This document shows, piece by piece, positions 54,599 to 64,000 of a stretch of 64,000 nt of DNA. Under the pieces are notes generated by a model, which saw only the letters and a program-made list of their open reading frames with translations, was not told the origin of the DNA and searched no databases. This stretch comes from Octopus bimaculoides. Its lineage: Eukaryota. Location of the stretch: contig NC_069005.1 in assembly GCF_001194135.2 (NCBI RefSeq), forward strand, positions 16,116,074 to 16,180,073, given 5' to 3'. How positions within the stretch are numbered: position 1 is the first letter of the stretch; each line of letters opens with the position of its first letter. Made by a program: the position numbers and the translations under genes.

Positions 54599-55844
54599 AA
54601 TATAATAAAGGAATTAGTAAAATAATTTTGCTATTATTAAGCTAGTATTAGGGACATAAATTAATGCTAAGTTTTAATGGAAGATTTTCATTCAGGACTT
54701 TTGGAAACAAAACATTTGTACTTTAGAGCCAAAGTGGTCTCAGACAGGTTGGCATCAAAAGAGTCAAGTTTAATAAACTAACACTGGTCTACTTTGAGTC
54801 AGAAAACCATAAGTCACAAAGTCGGTGAAAACCCCAGGAGCTACTAGTTATAAACGTACAAGTGCCAGTCAAGAACATGTTTTAATTCATACAAAACTAA
54901 GGCAAATCTAAGGTGATCCATAAAATATGTAACAGTTTCAGAGCTATGACAAGTGTTTCAGCAATACAAATGAACTGAGAAAACAAGAGTTATTCCATAC
55001 AAAACAAATATGGTCAATATCTTATTAATTCCAAGACTATGCAAAGTTTCTTTAAGTTGTTTCTCATCTCATCGACCAAGCAAACAAAATCCACCAGCAG
55101 AAGTTAGCTAACAACCCTTGTGAGCCCTTTGCTCAAATGAGAAGAGATAATGAATCCTTTGTTAAATCAGTTTGAATATAGGATTTCTCGTGGTTTCCAT
55201 CAAGTAAATTTTTTTTCCACAAAATCTAAGTCAACCTGATGTAGATTAACACAAATTTATTTTTAAATAACTTTAATAATAGTGAAATTTAACTTTAGGT
55301 GGTGCCATCCTTTTTAGTTACAAAAGGCTCTTATATATGAGATGCCAGTTCCTATAGGCATATCTTAGTATTTTAGCCAGTAATAATTAACAATACAGTT
55401 ATAAGGTGGCAAGCTAGCATAATCATCAGCATGCCAGGCAAAATACTAAGCAGTATTTCATCTGTCTTTACATTCTGAGTTCAAATTTCTGCCAAGGTCA
55501 ACATTGCCTTTCATCCTTACAGGGTCAATAGAATAAGTATCAGTTGAGAACTGGGGTCAATGTAATCGATTTACTCTCTCCCCTGAAATTGCTGGCCTTG
55601 TGCCAAACTTTGAAACTAATAATTAAAATACAGTTAAACATAATCATTTATTATTATTTTTTTTAATGGTGCTTGCAGTACTTTTCTTTAAGTTGTTTCT
55701 CATCTCATCGGCCAAGCAAACAAAATCCACCAGCAGAAGTTAGCTAACAACCCTTGTGAGCTCTTTGCTCAAATGAGAAGAGAGAATGAATCCTTTGTTA
55801 AATCAGTTTGAATATAGGATTTCTAAAAGATGAAAGTCCATTTA

Positions 55845-55884
<40 letters not shown>

Positions 55885-55887
<3 letters not shown>

Positions 55888-56935
55888 TCATCATCATCGT
55901 TTAACGTCCGCTTTCCATGCTAGCATGGGTTGGACGACTTNNNNNNNNNNNNNNNNNNNNNNNNNNNNNNNNNNNNNNNNNNNNNNNNNNNNNNNNNNNN
56001 NNNNNNNNNNNNNNNNNNNNNNNNNNNNNNNNNNNNNNNNNNNNNNNNNNNNNNNNNNNNNNNNNNNNNNNNNNNNNNNNNNNNNNNNNNNNNNNNNNNN
56101 NNNNNNNNNNNNNNNNNNNNNNNNNNNNNNNNNNNNNNNNNNNNNNNNNNNNNNNNNNNNNNNNNNNNNNNNNNNNNNNNNNNNNNNNNNNNNNNNNNNN
56201 NNNNNNNNNNNNNNNNNNNNNNNNNNNNNNNNNNNNNNNNNNNNNNNNNNNNNNNNNNNNNNNNNNNNNNNNNNNNNNNNNNNNNNNNNNNNNNNNNNNN
56301 NNNNNNNNNNNNNNNNNNNNNNNNNNNNNNNNNNNNNNNNNNNNNNNNNNNNNNNNNNNNNNNNNNNNNNNNNNNNNNNNNNNNNNNNNNNNNNNNNNNN
56401 NNNNNNNNNNNNNNNNNNNNNNNNNNNNNNNNNNNNNNNNNNNNNNNNNNNNNNNNNNNNNNNNNNNNNNNNNNNNNNNNNNNNNNNNNNNNNNNNNNNN
56501 NNNNNNNNNNNNNNNNNNNNNNNNNNNNNNNNNNNNNNNNNNNNNNNNNNNNNNNNNNNNNNNNNCATACCAGCGCAATCGTCTCTCTTGCACACCACAA
56601 CTGATGCTTCTAATGTTCAGCTTTTCTCTCAAGATACTTACACTCTGACGGGTATTCACATTGACATTACACATCCAACGGAGCATACTGGCTTCATTCC
56701 TTGCGAGCTTACGTATGTCCTCAGCAGTTACAGCCCATGTTTCACTGCCATGTAGCATGGCTGTTCGTACGCATGCGTCATACAGTCTGCCTTTTACTCT
56801 GAGTGAGAGTCCCTTTGTCGCCAGCAGGGGTAAGAGCTCTCTAAACTTTGCCCAGGCTATTCTTATTCTAGCAGCTACACTTTCAGCACACCCACCCCCA
56901 CTACTAACTTGGTCGCCCAGATTGGTAATGTTTTC
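55885..56935 (-). mobile_element. RTE LINE 3' fragment spanning a gap
   Basis: LGDQVSSGGGC...ERRLRWY before the gap; (CAT)n tail after it. Confidence 0.9.
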
Positions 56936-57014
56936 AAACACAAATTAAATCACAAAGATATTGATGAAACATTAAACATATCAGAATACAGGAACAGATA
57001 TCATCATATAGTAT

Positions 57015-57735
57015 ATTAGCATAGATTTAACCATATAGTATATAGATACAAAGTTAACCATATTTGTCTGTTGGCACAGATTTTCCTATATAGCATATAG
57101 GTACAGATTTAATCACAGTATGTTAGCATAGATTTAACCACAAGGTATGTAGGTACAGATTTAACCATATATAGACAGGTAATATTTATTTTCACTTTAA
57201 CGTGGCTGTTCTGAGAGAACAAACTTTACTGTGAGAAATTCTCATGTAGGATTCTCAAGTAGAAATTCTCATGTAGGCTTCTCGTGTCGAAAATTCTCAT
57301 GCAGAATGCACACTTGTTTATATTGCCAACAGGGAGATAACTCCCACCAACTCCAGTGCTAAGATCACCAGATCACATGATTTTGATCTTCTTTGATCTC
57401 ATCAGTGAGGGATGCTTGACTACTAGAGATATATAGAAAATCAGTGCCACAACAGTAACTGGTACCACGATTAACCATTTAGCTAGTTAATAAATACATA
57501 TATATACATATATATGAGTGACAAAGGCAGTATTAATACTGAGAAGTAATATTTATTCCCACATAAATGTAGATGTTCTATGTCTGTTGGCATAGATTTT
57601 ACTATATAGCATATAGGCACAGATTTAACCACATGGTGTATTAGCACAGATGTAACCATGAAGCATATTGGCACAAATTTAGCCATGCAGAATTTCTACA
57701 CAGATTTAGCCATGCAAGATAAAAGCACAGATTCA
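57015..57735. repeat. Degenerate ~24-bp minisatellite (gcacagatttaaccat) in two blocks, plus an aaattctcatgtagg triplet
   Basis: Directly visible tandem units at 57015-57175, 57235-57305 and 57580-57735. Confidence 0.75.
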
Positions 57736-57886
57736 ATTATTCACAAGTCAATATGAAGTTCAGTAACTTAGAACCACTTGATCATTCAATTCTAAATCAT
57801 TGATTTTTTGAAACTGGTTCAAATTTTTTTTTTAATTAAAAATGAAATGTGGTTTTTATAAAAACACATGTTCACTGACCCAAATT

Positions 57887-57970
<84 letters not shown>

Positions 57971-58021
57971 GTGTAGCAATAACTATCGCAATATAATTGT
58001 GTTAAACACATTGTATGTATA

Positions 58022-58231
58022 CAAGGTGGTGCTGAAAGGTTCCTGGCTTTAAGGGTATCACAAAAGGCCTGGTCGGCGGCCCAACCTTCTGAGTTCTTTT
58101 ACACTTAGTGCAGGACTGAGGCAATAATTGTATGAATCTGAGAGGGAAATATGTTGTATTAAATTATAATTAACTTATCCTCCTGCATTTTCTTTTACCC
58201 AAAGCTAGGAACTTTTCAGCACCTCATCGTG
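58022..58231. mobile_element. Mariner-type MITE (~210 bp)
   Basis: TIRs ggtgctgaaaggttcctggcttt / aaagctaggaacttttcagcacc, with TA flanks. Confidence 0.85.
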
Positions 58232-58235
58232 TATA

Positions 58236-59160
58236 CAGGGTGTCCCAAAATTAAGGCAACCGAAATTTCAGGCTTTAATAACTATCAATAAATGTGATAA
58301 GATATGAAAATTATACATCATTATAAAAGCTTCGTGTGTCTTCTTTTTGTTTCAGACTAAATAAATTCAGATTTATAAATTAGATCATGGCTATAGACTG
58401 AAATACAATCATAACCCTCCACAAAGGAGGCAAAAGTAAAACAGTTATAACAAAAAAGCTTAAAATCAACTGAACAACAGTCTGGAAAATCGTCAAAGAA
58501 TTTTGAGAGACTGTTTCCACCACTGATTGACCTGGATGTGGCCAAAAAAGAAGTGTATGGATCTTTCAGTTTATCAAAAGTACAAGAGCAAAGATATGAT
58601 GAAATCCTTGTCGTTTCATCAGAATACTGGCCGACACAGCAAATATATGCTGAACATCAATGTATCGAGTGCTGAAGGAGAACCTCACTACCCACCTCTA
58701 CAAGATGATCTGTTGTCCTGAGCTCATGCAAGTTTATAAGGCCATGAGACTGGAGAAAAGTCATCTTATCTTTTGTCAGACTGCTGAAGGTGCACTGCCC
58801 AACCTGGTATTCAACGATGAAAACAAATTTGACATTAAACAGATAATAAACAACCAGAATCACCAACTTTGGAGTATATCTGGCTTTGTCATAAATTGAC
58901 GTCAAAATCCACAGGCAGTTATAGTTTGGGCAGCTGTGACAGAAACCAGAAGGTTTCCCCTCATTTTTGTGCCCTCAGATGTTAAAATTAACACCCAACA
59001 ATCCATTAGCGACATTCTGGAAGCTGAACTACTTCCATGGGCAAATGAGCAGTTTTAAAGTGCCCCTTAGAGCCTCCAACAGGACTCAGCACCATCCCAT
59101 AACTCCAAACAGACACAACGCTGGATTCAGAACAACATTACATTCCCATAACTTTGCAGT
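58236..59160 (+). mobile_element. Decayed Tc1/mariner-superfamily transposon (maT-like)
   Basis: Starts TA-CAGGGTGTCCC. Fragments LVFNDENKFDI, QAVIVWAAVTETRRFPLIFVPSDVKIN. Confidence 0.75.
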
Positions 59161-61109
59161 TTAGCAAAAGAGATCAATAGAATAAGTACCAGGCTTAAAA
59201 AATAAAAAAAAAAATACTGGGGTCAATTCATTCAACTAAAATTGGTGAAGGTGGTGCCTCAGCATGGCCACAGCCTCATGACTGAAACAAGTAAAAGATA
59301 CAAGATAGAAGATCCTAGAATTAAAGTCTGATATGAATCAAATTTCAGCCATTCATATAGACAACACACACGCACACACACAGTAATTTAAGATTCACTA
59401 ATGGTTAAAAATAAATAGAAAAACCAAAAATAATCAAAATAAGCCAGAGTAATATCTGCAATAAAGCAAGCTTATTCAACAGATGTTTTGTATTGTGATC
59501 ATTCCTCAGAATCACAAGAGATTCAGACAATATGCTTTGTGGTATTTATTCCAGTGCTTTATGTTCTGGGTTCAAATCTCATCATGGTCAACACTGCCTC
59601 TAACCTTTCATTTGTCCAGTATGGGGGGGGGGGTATTATCAGGATGCTGGACTCCACTGACAAAGCTCCCAGAGTCACTGATGAACAAAGTCACCACACT
59701 ACAGTAAGGACCAGACCTTATTGTGGATAGAACCACATTACTAGGATATATTTATAACACCAATGAAATAAAGTACCAATCACATACTGGCGTTGGTTTA
59801 ATCAACTATCTGCCTCTCATCAAAATTGCTGGCCTTGTACCTAAATTGGTTTCAAATTCTGGCCACAGCCAGCAATTTTGGAGGAAGGAGTAAGTCCTCT
59901 TACCCCAATGCTCAACTCGTATTATTTTGTTTATTGATTCTACAAGAATGAAAGGAAAAGTTGATCTCAATAGAATTTGGACTCAGAACTTATATAGTGG
60001 CTCTGTCAGTTACAATGATGAATGTTCCAATCGATTTGAACAATGGAACAGCTTGCTTGTGAAATTAACATGCAAGTGGCATCAACAAGGTCACCAAATA
60101 ACTTAGAAAATGGCTCAGCTCTTCGCTGGTTATGATGATGTGTGTTCCATTTGATACGCTTAACCAAATAGCCAGCTCATGAAATTAATGTGCAAGTGGC
60201 TGAGCACTCCACAAACACACATATCCTTAACATAGTTCTCTGAGAGATTCCGTGTGACACAGAATGTGACAAGGCTGGCCCTTTGGACTACAGATACAAC
60301 TGATTTTTAGCAACTGAGTAAACTGGAGCAACACTGAAATAAAGTGCTTTGCTCAAGGACACAATGCACCACCAGGTATTGAACTCACAACCTTACAGTC
60401 ATGAGCCAAATACTCTGACCACTAAGCCACAAAACATAAAACCTGAAGAAATTCCAGTAAGTATTTTGTCTAGCTTGGCAATAATTCTTCAAGCTCATTG
60501 TATTGCCTTGTGCCTAAATTAGAAACCATGACTGCGTGACCAAGATCTCCCATCTCTAAACATATCACACTAAGTTAATAACACAAGAATTCGGTCACTG
60601 TCCCAAGATTTATGATCAATTCTTACTTTCATTCTTTTCCTATCTCATAGAATGTTTCAACACATACACTACACATAAAGACCACATCACTGAGAATAAA
60701 AGTCTTAAAAGAAATATATAACCTTTTACTTAAGCAACATACGTCAAATTGGGCATTAAAATTTCCAAGTCTGAACAAGTCTTAGCTTTGGCTACCAATT
60801 TATCAAGTTTATGTCATCAACCATTTTCTTTTTCCCTAATTACAGGTAACTATGTAACTTGTTGGNNNNNNNNNNGTTTATGTCATCAACCATTTTCTTT
60901 TTCCCTAATTACAGGTAACTATGTAACTTGTTGGTTGGTTACAAGAACAATGTTCCATTGAAGGAAAGAGATATCAGTAGTGGTACATGTAGTGGTGTTT
61001 AACCTTTCCACTTTTACCCATTTCAGTCACTGAGCTCTGTGCCCATGCTGGAGTACTGCCTTGAAGGGTTTTAATCGAACAAAGGTGCAGGCATGGCTGA
61101 GTGGTAAGA

Positions 61110-61402
61110 AGCAGTTACAATGGAATACATCAACATTAGCGAAGAAGATTTACTACTAGCCACAGATGAGGTGGATGCAAATTCAACTACTGGTCCTGAT
61201 GGTTTCCCAGCAATCCTCCTCAAATCGTGTAAGCATGCCCTGGCAAAACGCCTCCAGATTCTCTTCCAGAGCTTTCTTGGAAATGGCAAGCTGCCAAGCA
61301 AGCTGAAGGAGGGAATAATATGCCCAATCCATAAAGGGGGAAGCCAAAAACTATGGGCCTATATCTCTGACTTCACACATTAGCAAAGTCATGGAACGAA
61401 TT
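61110..61402 (+). mobile_element. CR1/L2/Jockey-group LINE RT N-terminal fragment
   Basis: TTGPDGFPAILLKSC...GIICPIHKGGS, then (frameshifted) PISLTSHISKVMERI. Confidence 0.8.
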
Positions 61403-62199
61403 GAATATTAAACTAATTCTATGTAGTCTTCCCATTCTAATGTTGAAAATTGGTATATATACACAGTTTATCTTTTCTGGTTATAATATCATTTTTAGTA
61501 ATCTTAAATTTTATCTTCATACAACATAACAATATTGCTTATATACAATCATCTATTGTACCCCAAGATAATTTCCTCTGTATTAAGATCATAGGTTTTA
61601 TTAGCATCTTTGCTCCTTTAATTGGTAATTAACATCTTGATTTAGAGTCTTCCCCAAACCAGCCTCCATTAGAGCAATTACTTACACATTTCCTAAAATC
61701 CTGCCAATATTTATGACCATACCCAACTATAAATTGTCAACTAACTCTGTCTATCTATTCTAAACAGACACTGTCTTTTAGCCTTAGATTTGGTAGTTGA
61801 TAAATTAGACTAATAAATTAAAAATGAACCACAATCCGTTACAAGCTATGACCCTAACAAATTTCATACAGTTCTTAGAAGTGTAGTATATTTTGAGCTA
61901 CATTAGTAGCAACATGGATTCTTTCCCTCTTCTTGCTCTGTTAGAGAATTTAAGTAAAATTATATTAATGTGCCCAACTGATTAAAAAATTCTATTTATT
62001 TATGCAGCTGAAGATAGCCCTGCACTTAAATTGATATAATGATTGCATTGTTTAATTAAATAGAGCCACTTGAAATGGTTGTACTGCATCACCTCTTGAT
62101 ATTCTCTTCCTGAATTTGATTTTATTTGTACGGAAAATATCACACTGAGGTTGTGCTTCAACTTAAGTACCCAATTCAACTGAATCTCAATTATTCCTA

Positions 62200-62239
<40 letters not shown>

Positions 62240-62256
62240 CACATACATACACATAC

Positions 62257-62290
<34 letters not shown>

Positions 62291-62349
62291 TTATTTATTT
62301 ATTTATTTATGGGTTTCAGCCAAGTGGCTGTGGTCATGCTGGAGCACCA

Positions 62350-62553
62350 CCATGATTTTCCGCCTTTATACTGTGCTCTCTTCACGTTCCTTGCATGGCT
62401 CTTCTCCTCCACCTGATATAGTCCAATCAAGAGTTTTGATGGCACATCTGGTGTATAAGAGAATTTGACATCGCTGCCCTAAACTGTGTTTCATTTCGAG
62501 CCATTGGTTCGTCTGGTATTGTAGAGATGAAAGCGTCGAGTTTTGTCTTGAAG
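62350..62553 (-). mobile_element. CR1-like LINE 3' end
   Basis: FKTKLDAFISTIPDEP motif, truncated by the gap. Confidence 0.65.
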
Positions 62554-63323
62554 NNNNNNNNNNNNNNNNNNNNNNNNNNNNNNNNNNNNNNNNNNNNNNN
62601 NNNNNNNNNNNNNNNNNNNNNNNNNNNNNNNNNNNNNNNNNNNNNNNNNNNNNNNNNNNNNNNNNNNNNNNNNNNNNNNNNNNNNNNNNNNNNNNNNNNN
62701 NNNNNNNNNNNNNNNNNNNNNNNNNNNNNNNNNNNNNNNNNNNNNNNNNNNNNNNNNNNNNNNNNNNNNNNNNNNNNNNNNNNNNNNNNNNNNNNNNNNN
62801 NNNNNNNNNNNNNNNNNNNNNNNNNNNNNNNNNNNNNNNNNNNNNNNNNNNNNNNNNNNNNNNNNNNNNNNNNNNNNNNNNNNNNNNNNNNNNNNNNNNN
62901 NNNNNNNNNNNNNNNNNNNNNNNNNNNNNNNNNNNNNNNNNNNNNNNNNNNNNNNNNNNNNNNNNNNNNNNNNNNNNNNNNNNNNNNNNNNNNNNNNNNN
63001 NNNNNNNNNNNNNNNNNNNNNNNNNNNNNNNNNNNNNNNNNNNNNNNNNNNNNNNNNNNNNNNNNNNNNNNNNNNNNNNNNNNNNNNNNNNNNNNNNNNN
63101 NNNNNNNNNNNNNNNNNNNNNNNNNNNNNNNNNNNNNNNNNNNNNNNNNNNNNNNNNNNNNNNNNNNNNNNNNNNNNNNNNNNNNNNNNNNNNNNNNNNN
63201 NNNNNNNNNNNNNNNNNNNNNNNNNNNNNNNNNNNNNNNNNNNNNNNNNNNNNNNNNNNNNNNNNNNNNNNNNNNNNNNNNNNNNNNNNNNNNNNNNNNN
63301 NNNNNNNNNNNNNNNNNNNNNNN

Positions 63324-63372
<49 letters not shown>

Positions 63373-63431
63373 CATATATATATACATACATATACATATA
63401 TATATACATATATACATACATATAGATATAT

Positions 63432-63462
<31 letters not shown>

Positions 63463-63913
63463 TTTATATATATTTTTATACCAAAATTAGGCAAAATATT
63501 GTATCTGTTAACAAAGGTAGCAAAATACTCACAAGTGAGTTTTTGTATTTATATCGATTTAAATGAGAGCTCAAAACTGATCCATTGAAAATACTTTATT
63601 ATATACATATATATGCATAGATCGCTAACCACCACACACATTTTTTTTTCTCTCCTTGTTTCTTTCTGTGTTCCTTTCTGTGGAAGAGCGTTGGCTCGAC
63701 ACATTAAAGACTTTTTCAATTCCCAAGCGATATACTAATACATCTGTTTGTTTTCTACACCACCTGTCTTCGTCTGTTGTTTTTTTTGTGAATTCTCCCT
63801 ATACATATATATATACATATAGGAGAATGTACGAAAAAACAACAACAGACGAGGTCAGGTGGTGTAAACAACAAAAGGATGTATTAGTATGACGCTCGGG
63901 AATACGGAAAGGC

Positions 63914-63948
63914 TTTAACGTTTCGAGCTACGCTCTTCAACAGAAAGA
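63914..63948 (-). ncRNA. Minimal hammerhead-like motif (CUGUUGA variant)
   Basis: cttt CTGTTGA A GAGC gta GCTC GAAAC GTT aaag, with palindromic AACGTT stem III and 4-bp stem I. Same family at 32089-32124 (+) and, degraded, 63674-63710 (+). Confidence 0.5.
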
Positions 63949-64000
63949 ATACGGAGACAAGGAGAAAAACACGGAGAAAAAAAATTGAATAGTGTTCAGT

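Noticed and set aside
55808-56941. Long ORFs full of X (also 17199-17783 and 62366-63588)
   Set aside because: Produced by N gaps; only the flanking RTE and CR1-like fragments are real.
57015-57735. Regularly spaced ~24-bp repeats resembling a CRISPR array
   Set aside because: Units are degenerate and near-contiguous without unique spacers; eukaryotic context with no cas genes, so a minisatellite.
60808-60933. 58-bp exact duplication either side of a 10-N gap
   Set aside because: Typical unmerged contig overlap, so an assembly artefact.

Overview
Eukaryotic, AT-rich, repeat-dense genomic DNA with six assembly gaps. The repeat landscape (tRNA-headed SINEs, RTE LINEs sharing a (CAT)n tail with short elements, mariners, abundant TA/CA/AAT microsatellites) looks like an octopus/cephalopod genome; this is inference from repeat style. 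By hand I rebuilt a phase-consistent multi-exon gene on the minus strand, with 9 coding exons from 37367 down to 1593. It continues past the left edge, includes a 15-nt microexon and encodes an unidentified helical protein. I also found the last two coding exons of a plus-strand gene at 49701-50097 whose product ends ...RRGSSDGYALHTL*. The rest is mostly decayed transposons (mariner x3, maT-like x2, pogo, hAT, RTE and CR1-like LINEs, Penelope-like remnants), MITEs, SINEs and a U6 snRNA pseudogene. The most notable non-coding signal is a set of hammerhead-ribozyme motifs from several unrelated repeat families. All appear to carry an extra A after the CUGANGA box, and one at 2262-2315 folds completely inside a ~210-bp TSD-flanked insert. 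Most ORFs in the supplied track are microsatellite or gap artefacts.
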